Below, piece by piece: positions 41,738 to 51,399 of a DNA stretch of 64,000 nucleotides. The stretch lies in assembly GCA_964644965.1 (NCBI GenBank), contig CAZXYN010000005.1:9759-73758 (forward strand). Reading direction: 5' to 3'. Position 1 is the first letter of the stretch. Each line of letters opens with the position of its first letter. A program made the position numbers and the translations under genes. Source of the stretch: an uncultured Candidatus Saccharibacteria bacterium. GTDB taxonomy: Bacteria; Patescibacteriota; Saccharimonadia; Saccharimonadales; JACDBH01. A model generated the notes under the pieces. The model ran no database searches, was not told where the DNA came from, and worked only from the letters and a program-made list of their open reading frames with translations.

Positions 41738-42763
41738 ATGTTAGACGATCTCAAATACATTCACGAAAAGGATACTCAGGACGCGTTAGGAATAGCCGAA
41801 AAACAGTGGCAGCAGCTTGAACAGAATTATGACATTCCAAAGCTTGATTTCTCGCTAGAAAACATCGTGGTTGGTGGCATGGGCGGCTCGGCCTTGGCGG
41901 CGCTAGTTAGCACCTCTTGGCCAGGCTACACAGTTCCATTTGAGATTATGCGTGACTATGAGATACCTGGCTACGTATCAGAGCAGACGTTGTTTGTCGC
42001 TTCTAGCTACTCTGGCAACACCGAAGAAACACTCGAAGCTATCGGTAAGGCAGAGGCCAAAAAAGCCAATATTGTAGTGGTCGCTAGCGGTGGCAAATTA
42101 GCTGACATTGCCCGCGAAAAGGGCTACCCGTTGGCCGAAATCCCTGGTGGTATGCAGCCACGTTACGCTATGCTCTATAACTTCAAGGCTATTATGACGA
42201 TTCTCGAGCAGGCTGGAATAATCGAGTCTGTCGGCAAAGAATTAGACGGCGCAAAAGAGTTTATCAAACAATCAGTTAGCGACTGGCGAGCAGATGTCAA
42301 AACTGATCAGAATATCGCCAAGCAACTTGCCCTTGAGTTATCGGGCGCTACACCAGTTATATACGCTGGTCCAAAGTTTTTCCCAGCCGCCTACAAATGG
42401 AAAATTAGCTTCAATGAAAACGCCAAGAACGTCGCCTGGTGTAATCAGTTTCCGGAGTTCAATCATAACGAATTTTTGGGTTGGACATCGCATCCTATCG
42501 ACAAGCCGTACAAAGTTATTGAGCTAGCGAGTAGCCTAGAACACGAGCGAACACAGAAGCGATTTGAGGTTACTAACAAGCTCCTCAGCGGCCGCTGGCC
42601 AAACCCCCATGTCGTAGAGGCAAAAGGGGACAATCTTCTCGATCAGCTGCTGTATCTAGTTGCACTAGGGGATTTTGTGTCAATTTACTTGGCGCTACTC
42701 AACGGATTGAACCCAACCCCTGTCGATTTAATCGAAAAATTCAAAGCTGAGCTGAACGACTAG
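41738..42763 (+). CDS. bifunctional phosphoglucose/phosphomannose isomerase (SIS domain)
   Basis: 341 aa; GGMGGSALAA, SYSGNTEETL, C-terminal LNGLNPTPVDLIEKFK pattern of PGI/PMI family. Confidence 0.7.
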   Translation: MLDDLKYIHEKDTQDALGIAEKQWQQLEQNYDIPKLDFSLENIVVGGMGGSALAALVSTSWPGYTVPFEIMRDYEIPGYVSEQTLFVASSYSGNTEETLEAIGKAEAKKANIVVVASGGKLADIAREKGYPLAEIPGGMQPRYAMLYNFKAIMTILEQAGIIESVGKELDGAKEFIKQSVSDWRADVKTDQNIAKQLALELSGATPVIYAGPKFFPAAYKWKISFNENAKNVAWCNQFPEFNHNEFLGWTSHPIDKPYKVIELASSLEHERTQKRFEVTNKLLSGRWPNPHVVEAKGDNLLDQLLYLVALGDFVSIYLALLNGLNPTPVDLIEKFKAELND

Positions 42764-42822
42764 GCTACATTGACAAAATACTCAGTTATATGCATAATGT
42801 GTAAAAATTGAAGTCATAGCCC

Positions 42823-43596
42823 GTGAGTAACCCAGAAGAATTTCCAGAGTTTTCAGATGAAGCAATTGAGTATTTATTAAATGCGCCCCAGTCCGAGGCT
42901 GAGTACGATCCAATCCAAGTACTTGAGCAGGATTATAAGTGGCGAATTGCAGAGGTTATGCAAGTGCTGAGTGAACACGCTCTCGTACCAGAAGGCCTAG
43001 ATACAGATTCGCTTGGACATGTTGAGCTTATGGCTCTCGCAAACAACAGGGATTTTGGGTTGAGACGATTTGCAAATCGAACGATTAACCTTATATCAGC
43101 CACTGAAGTGGCGGTAGAGCCGGCGGTTGGCGAAGATGATTACCTGACGAGGACTAATTTGCTTGAAGGATATCTTGGCTCAATCGCATCCGAAAATGAC
43201 TCAAGGCTGGATTGGGGACGGGCAGCAAAAGATCTATTTGGTCATGCACTCTCTTTTCCTGAGGATGAGATGCTCGATATCTATATGAGTTCACTGGCAT
43301 TTTCCTATGAGCAATCAGTTGATAACAAACTTACTACTCATCCAGTTCTGGCCCAAGAAAAGGTGTCGATAAGACAACTCCTTGCAGAGGCTGGCTCTAA
43401 TAATGATGAAACAGATGCCATTGTCCGGGGTATTTTGTACCTTTCGGTCTCTGAATTACTTAAGGCAGATGGCGAACGGCTTACTGACGATGAGGCATAT
43501 GCACAAATCACTGCAGGCAAAAAAATAGAAATTGATCAGCAGCTTGTCGTGGGGCTTCTTCGTAGAGCCCGAAAAAACCTAGATAGAAAAAATTAG
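42823..43596 (+). CDS. hypothetical protein
   Basis: 257-aa ORF (GTG start), no recognised motif. Confidence 0.5.
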   Translation: MSNPEEFPEFSDEAIEYLLNAPQSEAEYDPIQVLEQDYKWRIAEVMQVLSEHALVPEGLDTDSLGHVELMALANNRDFGLRRFANRTINLISATEVAVEPAVGEDDYLTRTNLLEGYLGSIASENDSRLDWGRAAKDLFGHALSFPEDEMLDIYMSSLAFSYEQSVDNKLTTHPVLAQEKVSIRQLLAEAGSNNDETDAIVRGILYLSVSELLKADGERLTDDEAYAQITAGKKIEIDQQLVVGLLRRARKNLDRKN

Positions 43597-43597
43597 G

Positions 43598-44839
43598 CTA
43601 TTCGTAGCGGAGAGATTCAATAGGGTCTTGGCTGGCGGCTTTTACGGCTGGGGCGGTGCCAAACACTACACCAACTACGGCCGACACGCCCACAGCAAGT
43701 ACGACAATTTGCCAGGTGATAACCGGTTCTAGATCACTGACGAGCCTGACAACAATATTTCCAAAAACGGCTACGCCAACACCGATTATGCCGCCTACCA
43801 GGCTCAGCACTGCGGCTTCTGTTAAGAACTGGCTATAAATTTGGCGGTTGGTTGCGCCCAAGCTCTTACGCACACCAATCTCGCGGGTTCGTTCGGTAAC
43901 GCTGACGAACATGATATTCATGATGCCGATACCGCCAACCAGCAGGGAAATAGCGGCGATACCTGCAATAAAGGCCGATGCGCTCGTCACTGCGTAGCGA
44001 GCGACTTGGTCTGTCTCGCTGGCTTGTAGCACTGTGAAATCTTCTTGCTGGCCGTGGTTTTTGAGTAACTGGGTACGGGTAGCTGCGGCAAGTTGACTAG
44101 GGGTTACGCCGCTCTGTGGTAGGATTAGGAATTGATAAATACTCGGGTCGGTTTCTAGAAGTGCTTTAGCGGTTGGGTAAGAAATAAACACCGCCTTATT
44201 AAGATCAGTCACAGCGCTAATTGGATTGGTACGGAATTCGTCGAATATACCACCAACTACAAAGTCTTGGCCACGAATCGTAATGAGTTTGCCCAAGGGT
44301 ACATTCTCGCCAAATAGCTCCTCGGCAACCCGTTTGCCAATGACAACCGAGTTGCGTCCAGAATTAGCGTCGCTAAAGAATCCGCCGTACAGAACCTTTT
44401 GTCCAAGTATTGTCGGTAGATCGCTAGTTGTAGCGATAATTGTGGCTTCCCGGTAAGGCTCTTCGTCGAAGTTGGTTGGTAGTCCAGAAACAGTACTCAG
44501 CGGCACGACTGTGCCGACTTCTGAGAGCTTCTTGATAGATTCGTAATCAGCGGGGGTAAGGGTGTTGCTACCGAGTGCAGCTAGATAATTCACGCCCGTA
44601 ATGTTGCCGTCTTCGTCGCGGTGAGCAATTGCACCGGACTGGACGGTGACCAGCTGGTCGTTGCTGGCGGTGCTGCTGTTCACAATCTGGCGACGTATGC
44701 CCTCGCCTAGTGATACAGTCAGAATGACCGACGACACGCCGATTATAATACCAACCATTGTTAGCAGGCTGCGAGTCTTATTGCTGCGGATCGACGATAG
44801 CGCCATGCGGGCGTTTTCGTTAAAAAGTAAGGCAGGCAT
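43598..44839 (-). CDS. MacB/FtsX-type ABC transporter permease
   Basis: 413 aa; N-terminal TM, large periplasmic-type domain, C-terminal three TM with ERTREIGVRKSLGA motif. Confidence 0.85.
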   Translation of the reverse strand: MPALLFNENARMALSSIRSNKTRSLLTMVGIIIGVSSVILTVSLGEGIRRQIVNSSTASNDQLVTVQSGAIAHRDEDGNITGVNYLAALGSNTLTPADYESIKKLSEVGTVVPLSTVSGLPTNFDEEPYREATIIATTSDLPTILGQKVLYGGFFSDANSGRNSVVIGKRVAEELFGENVPLGKLITIRGQDFVVGGIFDEFRTNPISAVTDLNKAVFISYPTAKALLETDPSIYQFLILPQSGVTPSQLAAATRTQLLKNHGQQEDFTVLQASETDQVARYAVTSASAFIAGIAAISLLVGGIGIMNIMFVSVTERTREIGVRKSLGATNRQIYSQFLTEAAVLSLVGGIIGVGVAVFGNIVVRLVSDLEPVITWQIVVLAVGVSAVVGVVFGTAPAVKAASQDPIESLRYE

Positions 44840-45729
44840 TATTTGGCTTCCTTCTTTTTGCGCGGTTTGGTAGTTTTCTTGGTTTTCTTAGGTTTTTTGG
44901 ATTCCTTGGTGATGCGCTGGCGAATAGGCACTGGCTTGGATGGAATCTCGTGCAGGAAGGCAGAGATACTCTCTAATTGCTCATCTTCCTCTGTTCGTTC
45001 CAGTTCCTCGCCACCGCTGCGGGCGCGGATCGGGACTTCGCCTAGGCGCTTTTGTTCGTCGTGTACAATTGCGCCATCGAGCATATAGAGTACGCGGGTA
45101 GCGTAGCGGGTGAGCTCCGGATTATGAGTCACCATCAGGATGGTGCTGCCTGTGGTATGTAGTTCTGCCAACAGTTCCATGACCACTCGGCTACTATGGC
45201 TATCTAGGTTACCAGTTGGTTCGTCGGCAATTATTAGGCTAGGACTATTTACTAGTGCGCGGGCAATAGCAACCCGTTGTGTCTGGCCGCCAGACAAGGC
45301 TTTAGGATAAAAATACTCGCGGTCTTGCAGTCCAACGCGCTCTAGTGCGGCCGAAGCTTGCTTGAGTCGTTTGGTCTGCGAAGTGCCCTTGTAGGCGAGG
45401 GGTAGAGCAACGTTTTCTAATGCGTTAAGACGCGGCAGCAGATTGAATGACTGAAAAATAAAACCAATATGATCGCGGCGGGCACGCGCCAGACGGGTTT
45501 GGCGTAAACGCGAGACAACGCGGCCACTGAGCTGGTAGGTACCGTGAGTCGGCCGGTCGAGCAGACCAATTACATTGAGCAAGGACGATTTGCCAGAGCC
45601 ACTAGGCCCCATGATTGCCACAAACTCGCCTTTTTCCACCGTTAAACTGACCTCGTCGAGGGCGACGGTCGTAGCGTTTCCAAATCCGTAGAGTTTGGAA
45701 ACCTCTTTTAGATCAATTACGGTTGCCAT
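44839..45729 (-). CDS. ABC transporter ATP-binding protein (MacB/LolD-like) with Lys-rich C-terminal extension
   Basis: Walker [10 protein letters not shown], signature [15 protein letters not shown], Walker [13 protein letters not shown]; tail [19 protein letters not shown]. Confidence 0.9.
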   Translation of the reverse strand: MATVIDLKEVSKLYGFGNATTVALDEVSLTVEKGEFVAIMGPSGSGKSSLLNVIGLLDRPTHGTYQLSGRVVSRLRQTRLARARRDHIGFIFQSFNLLPRLNALENVALPLAYKGTSQTKRLKQASAALERVGLQDREYFYPKALSGGQTQRVAIARALVNSPSLIIADEPTGNLDSHSSRVVMELLAELHTTGSTILMVTHNPELTRYATRVLYMLDGAIVHDEQKRLGEVPIRARSGGEELERTEEDEQLESISAFLHEIPSKPVPIRQRITKESKKPKKTKKTTKPRKKKEAK

Positions 45730-45784
45730 GCTACCTTATAGTGTACCGAAGAAGCACATCTGTCGGCAAGGTGTAAAAAACAAC

Positions 45785-45853
45785 TTGAGAGGGGAACATC
45801 CCCTCTCAACGCGCCGAGAAGCGAATAAATCGCTTCGTCGGGCTGCTCTCCCC
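45785..45853 (+). repeat. 69-bp two-hairpin intergenic repeat, copy 2
   Basis: TTGAGAGGGGAACATCCCCTCTCAACGCGCCGAGAAGCGAATAAATCGCTTCGTCGGGCTGCTCTCCCC. Confidence 0.8.
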
Positions 45854-46002
45854 TGAGCTCAAGTGTAAAAAATACTCTTTTCGGCTATAATGAATCGGCA
45901 AACAAGGAGAGGTGCAGGAGTGGTTGACGCCAGTCAATCCCTTTAGCGGATTGACAAGGTAGCGAACTGTTAAAATAAAACAGTTCGCGTTACTGGCGCT
46001 AT

Positions 46003-46094
46003 GGAGAGGTGTCCGAGTGGTTTAAGGAGCACGCTTGGAAAGCGTGTATGTGAGGCAACTTGCATCGAGGGTTCGAATCCCTCTCTCTCCGCCA
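46003..46094 (+). tRNA. tRNA-Ser (anticodon GGA), CCA encoded
   Basis: Acceptor GGAGAGG/TCTCTCC, anticodon stem CACGC/GCGTG with loop TTGGAAA, long variable arm, T-arm GAGGG-TTCGAAT-CCCTC, GCCA. Confidence 0.85.
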
Positions 46095-46113
46095 TAAGTA
46101 GTACAATGTAGTT

Positions 46114-46548
46114 ATGAATATGTTTAAGGGAAGTAAGGCTACAACCGTTGAGGAATATCTCAACAATGTGCCGCTTGAGCGTCAGGAAATTATCAATTAT
46201 CTGCATCAGTTCATTCAGGATGCGGTGCCGAATCTAGAGCCGTATTTTGCATTCAACATGATTGGCTACGGCAAGTTTCATTACAAAGATTATAAAAAAC
46301 GCTATGCCGAGTGGCCGATCATCGCACTGGCAAATCAGAAGAACTACGTCAGTGTGTATGTCTGTGCAGTCAAAGACGGTGAGTATATTGCCGAACAGTA
46401 CAAAGAATCCTTGGGCAAAGTCAGTGTCGGCAAAAGCTGCATTAGATTTAACAAGCTAGAAAAAATTAACCTAGATGTATTAAAAGAAGTCCTAGAGCTC
46501 GCGGCCGAAAATCCTGGACTCGTCTACGCAGGGGAGCACAAAAGCTAA
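46114..46548 (+). CDS. DUF1801 (YdhG-like) domain protein
   Basis: 144 aa; VEEYLNNVP...IGYGKFHYK...GKSCIRFNKLEKINLDVLKEVL pattern. Confidence 0.55.
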   Translation: MNMFKGSKATTVEEYLNNVPLERQEIINYLHQFIQDAVPNLEPYFAFNMIGYGKFHYKDYKKRYAEWPIIALANQKNYVSVYVCAVKDGEYIAEQYKESLGKVSVGKSCIRFNKLEKINLDVLKEVLELAAENPGLVYAGEHKS

Positions 46549-46550
46549 CC

Positions 46551-47264
46551 ATGTCAGACACTGTAGGAGGGCTCGGCACAATACTTGGTATCTGGGCGCA
46601 CCCAGACGATGAGCTGTTCAATATGGGTGGCATCATGGCCATGGCGGCCCAAAACGGACAAAAAGTAATCTGTGTAACGGCCACTCGCGGCGAGGCTGGT
46701 GTTCAGGACGAATCACGCTGGCCAGCCGGCGACTTGGGCGAAATTCGTACCCGTGAGCTGGAGGCAGCATATGAGATATTAGGCGTGTCTGGTCACGAAT
46801 GGTTGGACTATCCAGACGGCGGTTGTGCAGATGTTGACGAGGGCGAAGCCGTTCAGCGACTTACCGAAATTATCAAAAAATATCAGCCAGACACGGTGCT
46901 AACATTTGAGCCAAATGGTATGACAGGGCATGACGATCACAAGGCAGTCTCGCGTTGGAGTAGTCTGGCACTAGACTTGAGCGGTCATACTGCACAGCTG
47001 TATCACAGCGCTCTGACGTCCGCGCAGTACCAGGCATTTGGCTCGGCAGACAAGACTTTGAATGTATTCTTTAACATTGATCAGCCGACTATTTGCGAGC
47101 AATCAGACTGCGACATTTATGTAGAACTTAGCGACGAGCTATACCAGCTCAAGCTTGATTCACTGGCTGCCATGCCGTCGCAGATGGAACGTATGCTAAG
47201 CGAATACCAATCAACGCTTCGCCCAGCTCTAGGAGTCGAGGCGTTTAAAGGGGTGAATAAATGA
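46551..47264 (+). CDS. PIG-L/LmbE-family N-acetylglucosaminyl deacetylase
   Basis: 237 aa; ILGIWAHPDDELFNMGG and HDDH motifs. Confidence 0.8.
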   Translation: MSDTVGGLGTILGIWAHPDDELFNMGGIMAMAAQNGQKVICVTATRGEAGVQDESRWPAGDLGEIRTRELEAAYEILGVSGHEWLDYPDGGCADVDEGEAVQRLTEIIKKYQPDTVLTFEPNGMTGHDDHKAVSRWSSLALDLSGHTAQLYHSALTSAQYQAFGSADKTLNVFFNIDQPTICEQSDCDIYVELSDELYQLKLDSLAAMPSQMERMLSEYQSTLRPALGVEAFKGVNK

Positions 47265-47629
47265 AGCAGAAAATAAATCCAACACTGTGGCTGCGTGCTG
47301 AAGGCCTGGCGCTACTAGTTGCCTCGGTCTGGTATTTTTACGGAATTGGTGGCAATTGGCTGCTGTTTGCGGCGCTGTTGCTGGCAGTGGACATATCAAT
47401 GATTGGCTACGTTAAATCAACCCGGCTTGGTGCAATAACCTACAACGTAGGACACTCTTTGGTACTGCCAATAATACTACTGATTTTTTGGCATGACGGT
47501 GGATTGGTAACGCAGCTAGCAATCATCTGGATTGCTCACATTGGCATGGATAGATTGTTCGGTTACGGACTCAAATATGGTGATGACTTCAAACACACCC
47601 ACCTCGGTAGAATTGGCGGAGCCAAATAG
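47261..47629 (+). CDS. DUF4260-like small membrane protein
   Basis: 122 aa, four hydrophobic segments, HIGMDRLFGYGLKY near C-terminus; ATGA overlap with upstream gene. Confidence 0.5.
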   Translation: MKQKINPTLWLRAEGLALLVASVWYFYGIGGNWLLFAALLLAVDISMIGYVKSTRLGAITYNVGHSLVLPIILLIFWHDGGLVTQLAIIWIAHIGMDRLFGYGLKYGDDFKHTHLGRIGGAK

Positions 47630-47632
47630 GCT

Positions 47633-48166
47633 CTAGAGTGCTTGCAGCACGCTGTTGATTACATCCTTGGCTTTGTCGCCAATTGGTGTGCCATCAATCT
47701 CAATCTCTTGCGTGAAGCGTAGATTGCCCTCGGGCTCAATCAGCTGTGGCTTTAGAAATTCGAACATGGTGTGCAGGTTCTTAATAGAACGGGCACCGCC
47801 GACCCAGCCGTAGCCTATCATCGCTATCGGTTTGTCTTGCCACTCTTTGTATAGCCAATCAATGGCGTTTTTGAGTACAGCTGGCGTGCTGTGGTTGTAC
47901 TCGGGTGTCAGGATTAGCACCTTGTCAGCGGCGGTCACGAGCTGGCTGAACTTCTGGGCATTCTCATCGGTTGGCTTGTAGTCTTCGTGCGAAGGTGTTA
48001 GTTCACTATCAAAGAAAGCCATCGGTAGTTCCTTGAGGTCAGCTAAGCTAATTTCGAGCTCCGGGTAGTTTTGTAATTCTGCCTGGACTTGGTCCAGGAT
48101 TTTGTCGGCAATGCGGCCTTTGCGCACGCTACCAGTGACAATAAGAACTTTTGTCATAAAATCCAA
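47633..48166 (-). CDS. NADPH-dependent FMN reductase family protein
   Basis: VLIVTGSVRKGR, LTPEYNHSTPAVLKNAIDW motifs. Confidence 0.8.
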   Translation of the reverse strand: MDFMTKVLIVTGSVRKGRIADKILDQVQAELQNYPELEISLADLKELPMAFFDSELTPSHEDYKPTDENAQKFSQLVTAADKVLILTPEYNHSTPAVLKNAIDWLYKEWQDKPIAMIGYGWVGGARSIKNLHTMFEFLKPQLIEPEGNLRFTQEIEIDGTPIGDKAKDVINSVLQAL

Positions 48167-48181
48167 TCTGTTATTTAGTTT

Positions 48182-48454
48182 CTAGAGTTTCTTTGGGTCA
48201 ATACCGGCGCTTAGAAGCAAGGTAGAGTTGAGATGATAGATTTTCTCTGTACCATCTTTGCGTTCAACCAAAATCCCAGCATCGACAAGCTTGCCAAAAT
48301 GATGACTCATGGCTGGCTGTGATAGGGAAGACACCGTACTGACCTCTGAACAGCTCTTGCTATCATTGTGATCGCGCACTAGGGCCCTAACAATATCTAG
48401 CCGAGTCTTATCAGAAAGTGCTTTGAAAATATTTAGAGTATCTACTGCAGGCAT
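48182..48454 (-). CDS. ArsR/SmtB-family HTH transcriptional regulator
   Basis: FKALSDKTRLDIVRAL...SQPAMSHHFGKLVDAGIL. Confidence 0.8.
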   Translation of the reverse strand: MPAVDTLNIFKALSDKTRLDIVRALVRDHNDSKSCSEVSTVSSLSQPAMSHHFGKLVDAGILVERKDGTEKIYHLNSTLLLSAGIDPKKL

Positions 48455-48580
48455 ACTCCGTATTATACACTAATCTAAATATTTAAATATGTAAATACTT
48501 AAATATATATTGCCAGACGCTGACTTCTGTAAATAATCAGGTGATAACATCAAAATAGCGTATAATACCACCAGATATGG

Positions 48581-48903
48581 ATCATGTAGTGAGCCCTTGA
48601 TGAGCATTATGTTCTACGTATATATACTTCAATCAGAAGATAAAAAGCGACTTTATATTGGTAAGACCCAAAATCTTAATAGACGGGTTAAAAAACATAA
48701 TGCCGAACAAAATGCATCTAACAAAGCTTATACGCCTTGGACTTTGATTTTCTACGAGGCATACACTAACTATGATGATGCAACTAGACGTGAAAAATAT
48801 CTTAAAACTACTCAAGGACACCAGGCTATCAGAAGAATGCTCAGCAAACATTTAGAGAAGTATAATGAGATGCATTTTGAGCATCAAGGATCTACTACGT
48901 GAT
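48581..48903 (+). mobile_element. GIY-YIG gene cassette with short terminal inverted repeats, copy 1
   Basis: Left ATCATGTAGTGAG (48581-48593), right TCTACTACGTGAT (48891-48903); paralogous to 61193-61514 at DNA and protein level including non-coding left end. Confidence 0.6.
48609..48902 (+). CDS. GIY-YIG nuclease superfamily protein (UPF0213-like)
   Basis: MFYVYILQSEDKKRLYIGKTQNLNRRVKKHN...REKYLKT; start set by alignment with paralog at 61220. Confidence 0.85.
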   Translation: MFYVYILQSEDKKRLYIGKTQNLNRRVKKHNAEQNASNKAYTPWTLIFYEAYTNYDDATRREKYLKTTQGHQAIRRMLSKHLEKYNEMHFEHQGSTT

Positions 48904-50557
48904 GGAACAGATGAGAGAGTTGATCGCTAACCGAATAAGCCAGCTGTACGGCCAAGAAGTGCCAATAGTGTTTACGCGTCCGGACGAACAGTTCGGCGAT
49001 TTTTCGACCAATGTTGCCATGCAGCTTGCTAGTAAGGTTGGCTCTAATCCGCGAGAGATTGCCCAATCTATTATCGACAATCTGTCTCACGACGATATTG
49101 CCAAGGCCGAAGTCGCTGGTCCAGGATTTATCAACCTGACTCTAAGCGACCAAGCACTTACAGACCTAATAGCTGCTGAACCCACCAAAATTTTTGCCGA
49201 AGAATCAGTTGTGATTGAGACCAATAACCCGAATCCGTTCAAGGCCATGCACATTGGTCATGCCTTTAACGCAATCGTGGCTGATACGCTTGCCAATCTG
49301 ATAGAAGCGGCCGGTGCACACACCTACCGCGTCAGCTATCATGGTGATGTTGGTCTTCATGTTGGCAAGAGTATGTATAGTTTGCTGCGCTACGTAGACG
49401 GCGAGCCAAACAAGCTGCTAGACGTTCCAGAGGAAGAGCGCAATAGCTTCATGTCGCGGATGTATGCCGAGGGTTCTGCTGCTTATAAAGAGGACGGTTC
49501 GCTGGACAGCGGAGCCAGGGCAGAGATTGATGAGCTTGCCAGGCAATCATTTACCCGCGAGGATGCTACCTATGCTGCTGTCTATGAAATTTGTAGAGAT
49601 TGGAGCTTTGAACAGATTGATACAAATGTTGCGCGGCTAGGTAACAAGCCAGTGGAGCGTAGGTTCCTAGAGAGTGATGCCGAGCATAGAGGCGTAGAAA
49701 TTGTCAAAAAGAATACCCCAGCTGTGTTCAAAGAAAGCGATGGTGCATTAATATTCGAGGGTAGTAAACATGGCACGTTCGACAATGCTTTTGTTAGCGC
49801 ACGCGGTACAGGGCTGTATGCTTCGCGTGATCTTGGTTTAATCCAGCTCAAGAATGAACAGTATCACCCAGATAAGAGTTATATCGTCACAGCAGAGGAG
49901 CAGCGGGATTATTTCAAGGGAGTAATTGCGGCTGCTGAATTATGCATGCCTGATCAAAAGGGCGTCACCATCAACATCCCAACCGGCACAGTCAAGCTAA
50001 CAACTGGCAAGATGAGCTCGCGTGATGGCGACGTGGTAGAGATTGGCTGGTTGTTTGACCAAGTAGCTAGCGCCATCAAAGAGCGCGGTGGTTCGGCCAG
50101 TGATCAAGACATTGCCGGCGCACTGCGCTATCAGTTCTTGCAGGTGCGGATTGGTAGTGACGTGGTGTTTGACATCGAAAATTCGGTTAGTATTCACGGC
50201 AACTCCGGACCGTATTTACAGTACGCACACGCAAGGGCTCGCAGTATTTTGCGCAAGGCGCAAGAAGTTGAAAGTGAAAAGTTGAAAGTCGAAAGTTTGC
50301 AAAAGGCCGAACGCAGTCTGGTCCGAAAAATCGGCGAGTACAACGAGGTTGTAGGGAGAGCAGCTGACGAGCTAATGCCGCATCACATCTGTCATTATCT
50401 GCATGAGCTGTCTCAGAATTTTAATTCGTTCTACGAACACAACCGAGTAATTGGTGACGCGCGCGAGGGTACTCGTCTAAAAATCGTAGAGCTTTATGCA
50501 GACACACTAAAGCGCGGTCTAGAGCTACTAGGTATTAACGCCCCAGAACAAATGTAG
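48899..50557 (+). CDS. argS: arginine--tRNA ligase
   Basis: 552 aa; HIGH-type MHIGHAFN, anticodon-binding C-terminus ending in M; start GTGATG overlaps GIY-YIG stop. Confidence 0.95.
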   Translation: MMEQMRELIANRISQLYGQEVPIVFTRPDEQFGDFSTNVAMQLASKVGSNPREIAQSIIDNLSHDDIAKAEVAGPGFINLTLSDQALTDLIAAEPTKIFAEESVVIETNNPNPFKAMHIGHAFNAIVADTLANLIEAAGAHTYRVSYHGDVGLHVGKSMYSLLRYVDGEPNKLLDVPEEERNSFMSRMYAEGSAAYKEDGSLDSGARAEIDELARQSFTREDATYAAVYEICRDWSFEQIDTNVARLGNKPVERRFLESDAEHRGVEIVKKNTPAVFKESDGALIFEGSKHGTFDNAFVSARGTGLYASRDLGLIQLKNEQYHPDKSYIVTAEEQRDYFKGVIAAAELCMPDQKGVTINIPTGTVKLTTGKMSSRDGDVVEIGWLFDQVASAIKERGGSASDQDIAGALRYQFLQVRIGSDVVFDIENSVSIHGNSGPYLQYAHARARSILRKAQEVESEKLKVESLQKAERSLVRKIGEYNEVVGRAADELMPHHICHYLHELSQNFNSFYEHNRVIGDAREGTRLKIVELYADTLKRGLELLGINAPEQM

Positions 50558-50569
50558 AAGGAGAAACTA

Positions 50570-51001
50570 ATGACTAAAACTAAACCAACACCAAATAACG
50601 ATCGTGAAAAGAAAATTGCCGCCGCCGCGCGCGCCAAAGCGCTGCGCGAAAGAGCGGCCAATGCACCAGGTAGCAAGCATGTCAGTGGATTTATGAATTT
50701 TGTCCGTGAGCAGGGAGTTGTTGGCTTAGCGGTAGGTTTGGCAATCGGTACTGCTGCTACAGTGTTGGTCAAATCAATTGTTGATAATATCGTCACTCCG
50801 ATTATTGGCTATTTGCTACCTGGTACGGGCAGTCTCACCACTAAGTCGAGTTGTCTCAACTACGTTAATGGTGAGTGCACCAATGTCATGGCCTGGGGTG
50901 TAGTGGTGAGTAACTTCATTAGTTTCATTGCTATAGCGCTACTAATCTATTTTGTGGTCAAAGGCCTCAAGCTAGATCGCCTGGACAAAAAGAAAGACTA
51001 G
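50570..51001 (+). CDS. mscL: large-conductance mechanosensitive channel
   Basis: FMNFVREQGVVGLAVGLAIGTAATVLVKSIVDNIVTPIIG; second TM and charged tail. Confidence 0.85.
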   Translation: MTKTKPTPNNDREKKIAAAARAKALRERAANAPGSKHVSGFMNFVREQGVVGLAVGLAIGTAATVLVKSIVDNIVTPIIGYLLPGTGSLTTKSSCLNYVNGECTNVMAWGVVVSNFISFIAIALLIYFVVKGLKLDRLDKKKD

Positions 51002-51057
51002 TACCTCCCTGGCAGGGTGTATACTAGAGGCATATAAAAAATAGGAGCTCAAAGCTT

Positions 51058-51324
51058 ATGTACATCGTAAAGTTTCTAAAGAGAAAAGATGCGGCAACGC
51101 TGATAGTTGGTATCATCCTAGCCGTAATTATCGCCGGTATTCTACCAGCGGTCACCAGTGACCTAGCAACTTACCTAGCAGGTATCGAGACTGCTCAGGC
51201 AACCGAGTGGCGCGAGAACGTGATTCGTCCGCTTATAAGTGCTGGTCTGCAGATTGTAGTACTCGAAGCAATCCTTCGGGTTGTTGTCTATGTACGACCA
51301 TACTTCGTTCGCAAGAAGCGCTAA
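51058..51324 (+). CDS. hypothetical small membrane protein
   Basis: 88 aa, two hydrophobic helices, basic tail. Confidence 0.5.
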   Translation: MYIVKFLKRKDAATLIVGIILAVIIAGILPAVTSDLATYLAGIETAQATEWRENVIRPLISAGLQIVVLEAILRVVVYVRPYFVRKKR

Positions 51325-51347
51325 ATAATAAAAATTAGCCACCAGAT

Positions 51348-51382
51348 ATCGCCCGGAAACTAGTCTTTTCGGGCGATTTTTA
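51348..51382 (+). terminator. rho-independent terminator
   Basis: ATCGCCCG-gaaactagtctttt-CGGGCGAT followed by TTTTT. Confidence 0.65.
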
Positions 51383-51399
51383 TGTCGTATACTAGAAGT

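Noticed and set aside
45970-46206. 78-aa minus-strand ORF
   Set aside because: It overlaps tRNA-Ser(GGA) antisense and the start of the DUF1801 gene.
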